Shown here: in pieces, positions 46,262-56,057 of the stretch
Numbering within the stretch: the first letter of the stretch is position 1
Layout of the letters: each line of letters starts with the position of its first letter
Assembly: GCA_964651475.1 (NCBI GenBank)
Contig: CAZYXV010000012.1
Span: 64,001-124,208 of the forward strand
Direction of reading: 5' to 3'
Source of the DNA: an uncultured Anaerolineae bacterium
GTDB taxonomy: Bacteria; Chloroflexota; Anaerolineae; Fen-1058
DNA: 60,208 bases
Position numbers and translations under genes: made by a program
Notes under the pieces: model-generated
Database searches by the model: none
What the model saw: only the letters and a program-made list of their open reading frames with translations
What the model was told of the DNA's origin: nothing

Positions 46262-47020
46262 CTAGTTTCCCAAACTTGTTTCGGACGCGAGTTCTTTTAA
46301 TTCTCGCTCGGTGAGGTGGCGCCACTGGCCCGGTTTCAGGCTGCCCAGGCGCAGCGGCCCAATGCGCACGCGAATCAGGCGGCGCACCGGGTGCCCCAGC
46401 AGCCCGGCCACGCGGCGAATTTGCCGCTTGCGTCCTTCGCGCATTGTCACGCGCAACCACGCGCCATCTTCTGCGGGGGAAGCGTGGCGCGCGCCGAGCA
46501 GCTCGACCTGGGCGGGGGCCGTCCGCCCGCCGTCTCGCGTGCGCTCGTCCAGGTCGGGCAGCTCCACGCCGCGCCGCCAGCGCGCAAGCGTGGCCTGGCT
46601 GGGATGGCCGGCCACGTAGACGTGATATTCCTTGTCGTGCTCGTAACGCGGGTGCGTGAGTTTGTTGGTCAGCTCGCCGTCGTCGGTGAGCAGCACCAAT
46701 CCTTCGCTATCGGCGTCGAGCCGCCCCACCGGCACCAGATGTCCTTCCAGCGTTACAAGGTCGCGCACAGTCTTGCGCCCCAGCTCATCCGATAATGTGC
46801 AAATGACGCCTGCTGGCTTGTAAAGCGCCACGTAGGTATGCTGCGGTTTGAGGCGCAGCCGCGCTCCATCCACTGTGATAGTATCACGCGCCGGGTCGGC
46901 GCTTTCTCCCAGGCGCGCCTGTCGGCCATTGACGCTCACGCGCCCCTGGCGGAGGATGTCTTCGCACGCCCGGCGGCTGCCATAGCCGGCCGCCGAGAGT
47001 ATTTTTTGTAATCGCTGCAT
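46262..47020 (-). CDS. rluB: Pseudouridine synthase (RsuA/RluB family) with N-terminal S4 domain
   Basis: 252 aa. S4 (MQRLQKILSAAGYGSRRACEDILRQGRVSVNG), catalytic VGRLDADSEGLVLLTDDGEL. Confidence 0.85.
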   Translation of the reverse strand: MQRLQKILSAAGYGSRRACEDILRQGRVSVNGRQARLGESADPARDTITVDGARLRLKPQHTYVALYKPAGVICTLSDELGRKTVRDLVTLEGHLVPVGRLDADSEGLVLLTDDGELTNKLTHPRYEHDKEYHVYVAGHPSQATLARWRRGVELPDLDERTRDGGRTAPAQVELLGARHASPAEDGAWLRVTMREGRKRQIRRVAGLLGHPVRRLIRVRIGPLRLGSLKPGQWRHLTERELKELASETSLGN

Positions 47021-47121
47021 CTCGTCTCTTTCTTCAGTATGATGGCGGGTGGCTGGAAGGTGTGTGTATTCTTGAAACGGGTTGTGTCGGCGAAATAGAC
47101 TGGTCCGGCGCGGGCTCGAGA

Positions 47122-48660
47122 TCAGGCGATGGTCACCGGCGCCAGCGCCTCTTGCCTGGCTGTGGCCAACGTGCGCCTGACGCTATCCAGCAGCTTTTCA
47201 ACGGCAAAAGGCTTGGCGATGTGTTCGGCGGCGCCCCAACTAGGGCCGGAGGTCTTGGGCTGCAGCACCGAGACGATAATCACGGGGATGTCGGCCGTCT
47301 TGGCGTCGGACTTGAGCATGCGCAGCACCTCGATGCCATTGACGTCGGGCAGCATCATGTCCAGCGTGATCAGGTTGATCCGCTGGCGGCGCGCGACGAC
47401 CAGGGCTTCGTGTCCGTGCGAGGTGGTAATCACCTCAAAGCCGTCGCGCCGCAGCGACAGGGCGATCAACTCGGCGATGTCTTGATCGTCTTCTACGACC
47501 AAAACCGTGGGAGCTGTTTTTGCGCCGCCCGTGTCTCCGTTCGTCTCGGCCGCGTGCAGGGGCAAGATAAATGTAAAGGTGCTGCCCTTGCCCAACTCGC
47601 TTTCCACCCACAGGCGCCCGCCGTGCATTTCCACCAACATCTTGGTGATGGGAAGTCCCAGGCCGGTGCCGCTGACTGACTGCACTGTGGAATCCTTGAC
47701 CCGGTAAAAGCGTTGAAAGACCTTGCTCTGGTCTTCGGGCGCAATGCCAATGCCGGTATCGCGCACGTCCACCCGCACCACGCCGTCCGAGCACGATAGC
47801 GCCAGCGTGATGCGCCCCCCCTCCGGCGTGTAGCGATGAGCATTGCTCACCAGGTTTGTCACGATCTGGATGAGGCGGTTTCTATCGCCCAGCACCGGCC
47901 CAATGTTCGGCTCGATGTGAACGTCCAGCGCCAGGTTCTTTTGAGCGCATTGTTGGTGGAGCAAATCGGCGACTTCCTGGATGACGGTTTCCATTCGAAC
48001 CGGGTGAATGTTTAGCTCTAGCCGCCCGCTTTCGATGCGGCTGATATCCAGCAAGTCGTTAATCAGCGTCACCAGGCGGTTGGCGTTGCTCTGAACGATC
48101 TGCAAAAAGCGAGCTTGCTGCTCGTTGAGCGGCCCGACGGCGGGGGAGAGCAGCAGGTCGCTGTAGCCTTTGATGGCCGTGAGGGGTGTGCGCAGCTCGT
48201 GGGAGACGTTGGACACGAAATCGGTTTTGGCCCGTTCGGCTTCCACCTCGCGCGTGATGTCGCGCAGCACGGTGACGATGCCCAGGAATTCACCCATCTC
48301 GGTCAAGACGGGCGAGAGATGCGCCTGGATGACCCGCATGCCGATTTCGATCATTGTCTCGGTAATGCCCTCGCCTGGCGCGTACGAGTAGGGGTCTGCG
48401 TTCAGGCGGTCCAGGGCGTCTACCATGGTCAAACGACCACGGGTCGAGAACGACTCGAACAACTTTCGGACCGGCATCCCCAGCGCGGCGGCGGGGTCAA
48501 CCTGCAACATGCGCCCCGCGGCCGGATTCAGCCACGTCACTTCTCCAGTCACATTGTTAACGATCACGCCATCGGCGATGGACACCAGGACGGCGCGCTC
48601 GATCAACAAGTTGGATTCCGCGTGCGGTACAGCCGTTTGTGTTTGGGTCTCTTTCATCAT
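47122..48660 (-). CDS. Hybrid sensor histidine kinase (PAS, HisKA, HATPase_c, C-terminal receiver)
   Basis: 512 aa. H-box SHELRTPLTAIKGYSDLL, G-boxes, C-terminal REC (TVLVVEDDQDIAELIAL...LDMMLPDVNG). Confidence 0.85.
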   Translation of the reverse strand: MMKETQTQTAVPHAESNLLIERAVLVSIADGVIVNNVTGEVTWLNPAAGRMLQVDPAAALGMPVRKLFESFSTRGRLTMVDALDRLNADPYSYAPGEGITETMIEIGMRVIQAHLSPVLTEMGEFLGIVTVLRDITREVEAERAKTDFVSNVSHELRTPLTAIKGYSDLLLSPAVGPLNEQQARFLQIVQSNANRLVTLINDLLDISRIESGRLELNIHPVRMETVIQEVADLLHQQCAQKNLALDVHIEPNIGPVLGDRNRLIQIVTNLVSNAHRYTPEGGRITLALSCSDGVVRVDVRDTGIGIAPEDQSKVFQRFYRVKDSTVQSVSGTGLGLPITKMLVEMHGGRLWVESELGKGSTFTFILPLHAAETNGDTGGAKTAPTVLVVEDDQDIAELIALSLRRDGFEVITTSHGHEALVVARRQRINLITLDMMLPDVNGIEVLRMLKSDAKTADIPVIIVSVLQPKTSGPSWGAAEHIAKPFAVEKLLDSVRRTLATARQEALAPVTIA

Positions 48661-48665
48661 AGCGA

Positions 48666-50165
48666 TTATAAAATGTTTAACTGGCGCAGTGTTTCCAAAA
48701 GCACTCGATCCGAAAAAGCGTCTTTGGGAATGAAATCAATGGCGCCCAGGTCGAGGCCCTGCGCCAAGACGGGCGGCTCTTGATGAGCCGTCATAAACAC
48801 GATGGGGACGTTGGCGGTTTTGGGCATGTCTTTTAATGCCGTGCACGCTTCCAGCCCGTTCATTTCGGGCATCTCGATGTCGAGGATGATCACGTCCGGC
48901 ACAAATTGTTCCGCCATGAACACACCCACCCGCCCGTTGGGCGCGCAGAGCACCACGACGCCTTCGCGTTCCAGCAACGCCTTGATGGCCAGGGCTTGAA
49001 CCGTGCTGTCTTCGATGACCAGGGCGGTTTTGCGGGCGCCTTCCGGCGCGCGCGCCATGGTGGGCCTGCCGTCTCCAAGCCTGGGAAGGTCTATGTAAAA
49101 CACGCTTCCGCCTTCGGGATTATCCTCTATCCACACCCGGCCACTGTGCAACTCCACAATGCGTTTGACGATTGCCAGTCCCAGGCCGCTGCCTTCCACG
49201 CCGCTCTTGTCGGCGCGTTCAAAGCGGTCGAACACCCGCGTCTTGTTCGCGTCGGCGATGCCGCTTCCCCAATCTTTGACATAGAGCCGATGGTGTTCTC
49301 CAGCCTCGAGAATGCCTACTTCGATCCGGCTCCCTTCAGGTGAATATTTGATAGCGTTGCTCAAAAGGTTGGAAAAGACGGCTTCGATCATAGGATTGAC
49401 CATCGCGTAATATTTGCCTTGCGGCAGATAGACCAGGTACATGGCCTTTTTCTCCAGCAAGGGCCTGAGGGTTTCGGCGGCGGCTCTAAACATCTCGTTT
49501 AAATCGCGCCGGGCGCGCTCCAGTTCGCTCACGTTTCCCAGCCTGGCGTACAGGCTGGCATTTTCGACCATCTCGATGAGCTTGTCTGCGCCGTTTTTTA
49601 TGCGGAGCGCCATGCTCTTTTGAGTGTTGTCGCTCAGGTCGGTTAGCAGCAGCCTGGCAAAATCTCGGATCACGTTGATGGGATTGAGCAAGTCGTGGCG
49701 CATAATGTCTGCAAAGAGCTGCGTCAGGCGGTTGGCGTCTTCCAGTTCCTGGTTGACGCGCTGTAGTTCTGTGATGGTATGCACCAATGTATCTTCTGCC
49801 TGCTGCTTGTAAAGAGCTATTTCGATGGCGACGTGCAGCTCTCGCTCGTCGAACGGTTTAAAGAGATACCCAAAGGGTTGGGTTACTTTGGCGCGCTGCA
49901 AGGTGTTCTCATCGGCATAGGCCGTCAGGTAGATGATGGGGACGTTAAAGTCGTTGCGAAGCTGGCTGGCCGTTTCCACGCCGTCCATCTGGCTTTGCAG
50001 CCGGATGTCCAGCAGAGCCAGGTCGGGGCGCGCCTCGGCTGCCTTGTGGATGGCCTCCTCGCCCGAAAGCGCGGTAGTGGTCTTGTATCCCAGGCGCTGT
50101 AGCATCTCTTGGATATCTTGCACGACGATGCCTTCGTCTTCTACAATCAAGATATGTGCAGCCAT
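48666..50165 (-). CDS. Hybrid two-component protein: receiver, HisKA, HATPase_c, receiver
   Basis: N-terminal REC (HILIVEDEGIVVQDI...LLDIRLQSQMDG), H-box MRHDLLNPINVI, GSGLGLAIV, C-terminal REC (KTALVIEDSTVQ...ILDIEMPEMNG). Start taken at the ATG after an AAGGCGGA RBS; the listed ORF begins at an upstream TTG. Confidence 0.8.
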   Translation of the reverse strand: MAAHILIVEDEGIVVQDIQEMLQRLGYKTTTALSGEEAIHKAAEARPDLALLDIRLQSQMDGVETASQLRNDFNVPIIYLTAYADENTLQRAKVTQPFGYLFKPFDERELHVAIEIALYKQQAEDTLVHTITELQRVNQELEDANRLTQLFADIMRHDLLNPINVIRDFARLLLTDLSDNTQKSMALRIKNGADKLIEMVENASLYARLGNVSELERARRDLNEMFRAAAETLRPLLEKKAMYLVYLPQGKYYAMVNPMIEAVFSNLLSNAIKYSPEGSRIEVGILEAGEHHRLYVKDWGSGIADANKTRVFDRFERADKSGVEGSGLGLAIVKRIVELHSGRVWIEDNPEGGSVFYIDLPRLGDGRPTMARAPEGARKTALVIEDSTVQALAIKALLEREGVVVLCAPNGRVGVFMAEQFVPDVIILDIEMPEMNGLEACTALKDMPKTANVPIVFMTAHQEPPVLAQGLDLGAIDFIPKDAFSDRVLLETLRQLNIL

Positions 50166-50270
50166 AGTCGTTTCCGCCTTGCAACGCAAAGTTATCGCAT
50201 ACGAGTTAGTTGTATCATATTTCAGGCATTAAATCAACTTGTTATTTGTCATTTTATCACGACAAAAGTC

Positions 50271-50299
50271 TTGACAAGGCAAACAAGGTATGATATACT
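50271..50299 (+). promoter_or_regulatory. Near-consensus sigma70 promoter upstream of the XRE regulator / Wadjet operon
   Basis: TTGACA (50271-50276), 17-nt spacer, TATACT (50294-50299), in an AT-rich leader. ATG of the XRE gene at 50327. Confidence 0.55.
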
Positions 50300-50326
50300 G
50301 TGACAAGATTAGAACAAAAGTGCTAT

Positions 50327-50587
50327 ATGGGCAGAATCAGCACACGCGGCAGGCTTACAATATTGCTTGGGCAGCGCCAGGCGCTCACCGGTGAGCGGCT
50401 ATCGCTGCGCCGCCTGGCGGATCTGGCCGGCGTGCCCAAAGATTTGATCTATCGCCTGGATGCCGGCCAGGCGCGTTATGTTGACTTGGATGCGCTGGCG
50501 CGTTTGTGCCGCGCGCTGGAATGTAACCCGAGCGATATTCTGGTTTGGAGCAGCGATGGTCAATCCGCCGGCCCACAATCCGTTTGA
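50327..50587 (+). CDS. XRE-family (Cro/cI-type) helix-turn-helix transcriptional regulator
   Basis: 86 aa from the first ATG. HTH LSLRRLADLAGVPKDLIYRLDAG and the common C-terminal LCRALECNPSDILVW motif of small XRE proteins. Its 3' end overlaps the jetA start by about 30 nt. Confidence 0.7.
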   Translation: MGRISTRGRLTILLGQRQALTGERLSLRRLADLAGVPKDLIYRLDAGQARYVDLDALARLCRALECNPSDILVWSSDGQSAGPQSV

Positions 50588-51992
50588 TATTCTTCCAGCC
50601 AATTTATTCAACCCCTTCAGCACACAGGGCTATGGCAACCTGGCCCGCCACTATATGGCGATCCTTTTGCGCATCTATGCGTTGGCCGAGTTCAACCGCT
50701 TTGGCCTGACGCGCCAGGTCGTGATAGCAGACATTGTGGATTACCTGGCTGCCGAGGGCGCGGAAGAAGCGGTGGCCGCGGCAATGGGTGAGGGAACGGG
50801 CGAACCCGCCGCTTCGATTACGGTGCAATCCGCGCAAGATTACGCCGGGTATTTGCTGCGCCGCCTGGTCGAGACGGGTTGGATCGAGCGCGAGCAGCAC
50901 GCCGATTACACCGAATACATCGTCTTGCCCGATTACGCTTTTACGCTGTTGGAAGCCTTTCGCGCTATCCAGGAGCAAAAGCCGCGCGAGTATACGGGCC
51001 AATTGTATACCGTGCACCAATTGCTCACGCACGAAGACGAAAATTTCGCGCCCGCGCTGGCGCTTACACAAGCCTACGAGAACGTGCGCCAGGTCGTGCG
51101 CGGGTTGAACGAGTTGAATCACAACATTCGCCGCTATATTGAGCGCGCCACGCGCGGGCGCGACGTGGCCGAACTGCTGCGCTTGCAGTATGACGATTAC
51201 GCCTCGGCGCTTGGCCCGGCTTATCACGCGCTCAAAACCTCTGATCACGTGTCGCGCTATCGGCGCGATATTATCAACCAGCTTCAAACTTGGCAGGCCG
51301 ATAGCGAATGGCTCGACCGCGCCGCCGACGAATTGGCGACGCAGGCGCGCATCACGCCGGCCCAGGCCTCCGGCGAGATCAGCCACTATATCCGTTTCAT
51401 CACACAGCAATTGGAAAGCCTCGACCCGCTGCTGGACGAGATTGACCGCCGCCACGCGCAATATCTGCGCACCTCGCTGCGCCAGATTCGCTACCAGTTG
51501 ACAAGCGACGATGGCAGCTTTAAGGATCGGCTGGTTTCGTTGGCGCGGCGGCTGGCGGCGCTGCAAGAAGAAGGCTTGTCCGAGTTGCCGGAAGATGCGC
51601 CCGGTTTGCAGCATTGCCCCATTCGCCTGCCCGACGCCAATAGTTTTTACACCATGCCGCAGCGCCGCGCCCCGTTTGAAACGGGAGATATCCAATTGCC
51701 GACGCTTCACCCGCTGGACGTGGCCGCCTTGCGCGCGACCACTCTGCAAGAAGTGACCCAGAGCATTTCGCCGGACAAGATCAATCGCTTTGTGTGCCAG
51801 TTCCTCAACGGCAACCGGCGCATCCACGTGACCGCGCTGCCGCCCGACGCGCTGGGCAATGTGCCCTGGCTGCTCTATACGATTGCCTACAGTTTCCATC
51901 CCGAAGTGAACTATGGCATTCAAGTCACACCGGGCGAGCCGGTGCAGGTGGGGCCGTATCGGATGGAGCCGTTTGATTTGGTAAAGCTGTGA
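50556..51992 (+). CDS. jetA: Wadjet system protein JetA (MksB-like, DUF3375-type)
   Basis: Listed ORF 50460..51992 trimmed to the ATG (MVNPPAHNPFDIL...) preceded by GGAG. 479 aa and helical, in an operon with JetB, JetC and JetD homologues. Family assignment rests on size, synteny and remembered family features. Confidence 0.7.
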   Translation: MVNPPAHNPFDILPANLFNPFSTQGYGNLARHYMAILLRIYALAEFNRFGLTRQVVIADIVDYLAAEGAEEAVAAAMGEGTGEPAASITVQSAQDYAGYLLRRLVETGWIEREQHADYTEYIVLPDYAFTLLEAFRAIQEQKPREYTGQLYTVHQLLTHEDENFAPALALTQAYENVRQVVRGLNELNHNIRRYIERATRGRDVAELLRLQYDDYASALGPAYHALKTSDHVSRYRRDIINQLQTWQADSEWLDRAADELATQARITPAQASGEISHYIRFITQQLESLDPLLDEIDRRHAQYLRTSLRQIRYQLTSDDGSFKDRLVSLARRLAALQEEGLSELPEDAPGLQHCPIRLPDANSFYTMPQRRAPFETGDIQLPTLHPLDVAALRATTLQEVTQSISPDKINRFVCQFLNGNRRIHVTALPPDALGNVPWLLYTIAYSFHPEVNYGIQVTPGEPVQVGPYRMEPFDLVKL

Positions 51993-52678
51993 TATCGCGT
52001 ACTGCGCAAGACGTAATTACGCAGTACGACATACGGAGAGCGTCAATGCCCTTTGACTGTGAAACGATTTTAGAGTCCACCGCTCTGCCCGACAAATCCC
52101 GCCGCGACGTACCGCGCGTGGTGAACCGCTTGTTGGGCCAGACCTTTTTGCATCAAGATGTGGAGACCGACAAGGATGATTATTACTTTGTCCATCGCCA
52201 CCGCGATGCGTTTGAGACCTTGCTGGCGCTGGCCGGATTCAAATTATTGCACGACGATTATCACCGCATCTTTCAGGCCGTGTCCGAGTTTAGCTATTGC
52301 CGCGCGCATTATCGGCTGGACGAGACGCTGATGATCGTCGTCTTGCGCAAGCTGTACCAGGAGCGCGCCGAACAGCTCAACCTGGCGGCCGACCCGGCGG
52401 TGACGGTGGGCGAAGTGCGCGAAGAATATCGCACCATCACCGGCAAAGAGCGCGACCTGGGCATTATGCAATACGAAGCCATTCTGCGCCACCTGCGCGC
52501 GTTGGGGTTGGTAGACACATTGGATGGCCGCACGATTGACGTGCGCAACAGCGAAACTCGCTTGCGTCTGCGCGGGTCCGTGCGCATGATCCTGCCGGTG
52601 CAGTCGGCGGACGAGATGGAGGTGTGGTTGCGCAAGTATCGGGTGGCGGGAGTGAGCGCTGAACCGGAAGAGGAGTAA
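51989..52678 (+). CDS. jetB: Wadjet system protein JetB (MksE-like, DUF4194-type kleisin-like subunit)
   Basis: 229 aa. ATGA start/stop overlap with jetA. Acidic C-terminal tail. Size and position match JetB/MksE. Confidence 0.7.
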   Translation: MISRTAQDVITQYDIRRASMPFDCETILESTALPDKSRRDVPRVVNRLLGQTFLHQDVETDKDDYYFVHRHRDAFETLLALAGFKLLHDDYHRIFQAVSEFSYCRAHYRLDETLMIVVLRKLYQERAEQLNLAADPAVTVGEVREEYRTITGKERDLGIMQYEAILRHLRALGLVDTLDGRTIDVRNSETRLRLRGSVRMILPVQSADEMEVWLRKYRVAGVSAEPEEE

Positions 52679-52681
52679 CCC

Positions 52682-55600
52682 ATGAAACAACTCACTCGCA
52701 TCCGCCTCATCAACTGGCATTTGTTTGAAAACGCCGCCATCTCGTGCAACGGCACGACCTACTTTATCGGCGTCAACGGCGCGGGCAAGTCTACGATCCT
52801 GGACGCGATCCAGTTCGCGCTGGTGGGCGGGCAGCGCGAGGTCAAGTTTAACCAGGCGGCGCTGGCCGGCGGCAAGCGCACGCTCGCCAGTTACGTGCGC
52901 GGCGAACTGGGCACCGAAGGTCAGCGTTTTTTGCGCGACGACGCGACCGGCGTGGTGGCGCTTGAATTTCGCAATCCCGATAATTCGTACTTTGTGCACG
53001 GCGCGGTGATTGATGCTTATGCCGATGGCCGCGCGCCGGAGGTAATGTATTTTATCGTCAACAATGCCGCGCTCGACGATGGCTGGTTTTTTCGCGAGTC
53101 TCCCATTTCACCCTCTGCGGGGGCTTGCGGGACAGGCGGCAAGCTGTTTGACACGCGCGCCTTCAAGCGCCATCTAGAACATTTCGCTCTGCCCACGGGC
53201 GGGCGCGCCCAGGCCTTTGGCCGCCTGGAAGATTACCGCTTTCATTTGCTCAATCGCCTGGGCCAGCTCAAAGACACTTTTCCGGCCAAGATTGTCAAAG
53301 GGTTGGCCTTTAGCCCGCTCATCAATATCCGCGAATTTGTCCACAACTATTTGCTGGACGAAAACCTGGTGGACGTGAAAACATTGCAAGATCAACTGGA
53401 AACGCTGCGCCACTTTGAAGCGCTGGCGGCCAATGTGCGCGAGCGGATTGCGGCGCTGGACCACATTGAGGAATTGGATCAGGAACGTGTAGCGAATCGC
53501 CGCCGCCGCCTGACCAACGGCCACATTCAACGCCGCGCGCGGGGCGATACACATCTGGCCCAGCTCAAACGCTTTCGCCTGGAATTGGAAGAAGCGCGCG
53601 TCGAGTTGTCCCGCGCTGCGCTCAAGCGCGACATTTTGGACCAAGACCTCAAGCGCGCCCGCCAGGCCTTGCTCGACGCGCAGGTGGCGCTGCAAACCGA
53701 TGCGACCGCGCTGCGCGAAAAAGAATTGCGCGACAAGATTGCCTCTCTGGAAAATGAGGCGCGCGCGCTGGCCGAACGCGAGGCGCGCGTGACTGAAACA
53801 TTGGCCCGCGAGGTCCAAGATGCGCAGATATTGCGTCAATGCCTCGTCAAAGATCGCATGTCTATTCCGCCATCATTAGATGAATTCATTCAATCTGATC
53901 AAAGTGTGGATTGCATTGTCCGGCTGCAAGCCGACTTGGAAATTTTGGGGCACACGTTTGCCGAACAAAACGCATTGTTGGGTGAACAGTCGCGTCGATT
54001 GCGCGACGAGGCCGAGCAGTTGCAGCGCGAGATCGTACAACTGCGCACGGGTGACCGCGACGCCAGCTACGAGGCCGAAGCGCCCGAAGCCGCCCGCCTG
54101 CGTCGCCTGTTGCGCGCCGAGTTGGGGTTGGGCGCAGACGAGGCCGTGTTTCTATGCACCGTTTTGCAAATCCCTGATGAATCCTGGCAAGACGCGGTTG
54201 AGGGCGTATTGGGCAACACGCGCTTCAACTTGCTGGTGCCGCCTGAACATTACGACGCCGCGATGCGGCTTTACCGCGAGCGCCGCCACGCGGACAATTT
54301 GCACGGGGTCGGCCTGCCGGACATTGAGCGAATCTTGAGTCGAACGGGCCAGACAGGTGTTTCGCAAAACCTGTCAGGTCTGGCAAGTGAGGTTCAAACG
54401 CAGCACGCGGGCGCGCGCGCATTGGTAGATTTGCTGCTGGGCCACGCGGTCAAATGCGATACGTTGGACCAGTTGCGCGAGCATCGCACCGCCATAACGC
54501 GCGAGTGTTTTTTGCGCCGCAACTATACCACCAGCCACATGAATCCGCGCGTTTACCGCCGCTGGTTCATCGGCGACCGGGCCGTGCCGCGCCAGATCGA
54601 GCAGCGCGAAGCCCGGCTCGAAGAGATTCGCGCCGAATTGCTGGCGCTGCAAGATCAAGCCAGCGCACTGCGCGAACGCCTGGCGCTCACTCGGGACAAG
54701 ACGCGCCTGTACTTTGACCTGGAACGCGACCTGGACGAGTTGGCGAGCCTGCCCGTCAGAACGGCGCAACTGGCCGCGCTGCAAGACGAGCTATCGCGCC
54801 TGGATACGCAAACCATTGAGGCCCTGCGCGCGCAAGTTGACGCGCGCCGCGCGCAGGCTGACGGTTTGCAAGCCGAGCTTTCGGAATTGGACAAGCATAT
54901 CGGCGGAGTGGACATGCGCGCCAAGACGTTGAATGACGAAACCATTCCCACCGTGGAGCGCGAGGCCGATCAGGCCGCGCAAAGCGCGCTGGCCTTTTTG
55001 CGTTTTGAGCAGGCCGAGGATGCGCTGGACGAGGTCAACAAGGAATATGAACGCCGCCGGGAACGGCAGCCGCTCGAAACTGTGCTGCAAAACGCCACGC
55101 GCTACGAAAGCGAATATCAAAGCGCCGAAACGCGCAGCCGCGACCGCTTGCGCGAGGCCAAGCAAGCCTATAGCCTGAAATACGATTTCGGTTACGACGA
55201 GGACGAAGACGCCGCGCGTTACGTCCGCGAGCGCGACAAGTATATGCAGTCGGAACTGCCGCAGTACGAGGAGCGCATTACGGCGCAGCGCAAGTTGGCC
55301 GAGCAAGAACTGGTGGAAAATTTCATCCATCGCCTGCGCGAACAGATCGAAGACGCGCGCCAGCAATTGGGGCATCTCAATACCACGCTGGCAGGACTGC
55401 GCTTTGGCGGCGAGCGCTTTGAATTTATCACGCGCCCCGAACCCACGCTGCGCCCGGTGTACGATATGGTGATGGACAGCCAGGAGGTTTTGGGCAAATC
55501 ATTGTTCGAGTCCGATTTTCGCCAAAAGCACCAGCAGGGCTGGGATGTGTTGTTCGAGCATTTAACGGTGGGGCAGGCCGGTGATGCCGCCGTGGAACTG

Positions 55601-56032
55601 CGCCAATTGCAGGATTACCGCAACTATTTGCAGTACGACATTCGCATCCACTATCCCAATGGCGACCACGCGCTGCTCAGCCAGATCAACGCCAAAAAAT
55701 CCGGCGGCGAAACGACCACGCCGTTTTACGTGGCCATGGCGGCCTCGTTCGCGCAAGCCTATCGCCTCAACCAGCCGCGCGCCTCGGACACCATCCGGCT
55801 GGCGTTGTTCGACGAAGCATTCAGCAAAATGGATACGGCCCGCACCGCCAGCGCGCTCAAGTTTATGGTCGAGACGCAATTGCAAGTGCTGCTGGCGACG
55901 CCGCCCGACAAGGCGACGGGACTCTTGCCTTACGTGGATTGTGTGCGGACGGTGGTGCGCAAGGATAATCACTCGTTCGTCATCGAAATGGACAAGGCTG
56001 AGCTGGTGGGCGAGTTGGAACGTACTGCGTAA
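52682..56032 (+). CDS. jetC: Wadjet system protein JetC (MksF/MukB-like SMC-family ATPase)
   Basis: 1116 aa. N-terminal Walker A FIGVNGAGKSTILDAIQFAL, very long Arg/Glu/Leu/Ala/Gln-rich coiled-coil arms, C-terminal ABC signature KSGGETTTPFYVAMAASFAQ and Walker B RLALFDEAFSKMD. Confidence 0.85.
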   Translation: MKQLTRIRLINWHLFENAAISCNGTTYFIGVNGAGKSTILDAIQFALVGGQREVKFNQAALAGGKRTLASYVRGELGTEGQRFLRDDATGVVALEFRNPDNSYFVHGAVIDAYADGRAPEVMYFIVNNAALDDGWFFRESPISPSAGACGTGGKLFDTRAFKRHLEHFALPTGGRAQAFGRLEDYRFHLLNRLGQLKDTFPAKIVKGLAFSPLINIREFVHNYLLDENLVDVKTLQDQLETLRHFEALAANVRERIAALDHIEELDQERVANRRRRLTNGHIQRRARGDTHLAQLKRFRLELEEARVELSRAALKRDILDQDLKRARQALLDAQVALQTDATALREKELRDKIASLENEARALAEREARVTETLAREVQDAQILRQCLVKDRMSIPPSLDEFIQSDQSVDCIVRLQADLEILGHTFAEQNALLGEQSRRLRDEAEQLQREIVQLRTGDRDASYEAEAPEAARLRRLLRAELGLGADEAVFLCTVLQIPDESWQDAVEGVLGNTRFNLLVPPEHYDAAMRLYRERRHADNLHGVGLPDIERILSRTGQTGVSQNLSGLASEVQTQHAGARALVDLLLGHAVKCDTLDQLREHRTAITRECFLRRNYTTSHMNPRVYRRWFIGDRAVPRQIEQREARLEEIRAELLALQDQASALRERLALTRDKTRLYFDLERDLDELASLPVRTAQLAALQDELSRLDTQTIEALRAQVDARRAQADGLQAELSELDKHIGGVDMRAKTLNDETIPTVEREADQAAQSALAFLRFEQAEDALDEVNKEYERRRERQPLETVLQNATRYESEYQSAETRSRDRLREAKQAYSLKYDFGYDEDEDAARYVRERDKYMQSELPQYEERITAQRKLAEQELVENFIHRLREQIEDARQQLGHLNTTLAGLRFGGERFEFITRPEPTLRPVYDMVMDSQEVLGKSLFESDFRQKHQQGWDVLFEHLTVGQAGDAAVELRQLQDYRNYLQYDIRIHYPNGDHALLSQINAKKSGGETTTPFYVAMAASFAQAYRLNQPRASDTIRLALFDEAFSKMDTARTASALKFMVETQLQVLLATPPDKATGLLPYVDCVRTVVRKDNHSFVIEMDKAELVGELERTA

Positions 56033-56057
56033 TGCGTATTGCGTAAGGGCGTGCGTT

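Noticed and set aside
46260-46460. 67-aa Arg/Pro/Ala-rich N-terminal extension on the cmk ORF
   Set aside because: It overlaps the rluB 3' end. The conserved Cmk N-terminus (MEPASIIAIDGPAASGKST) starts at the internal ATG at 46259.
50460-50555. Upstream extension of jetA overlapping most of the XRE gene
   Set aside because: W/R-rich implausible N-terminus. The ATG at 50556 preceded by GGAG gives a JetA of typical length.
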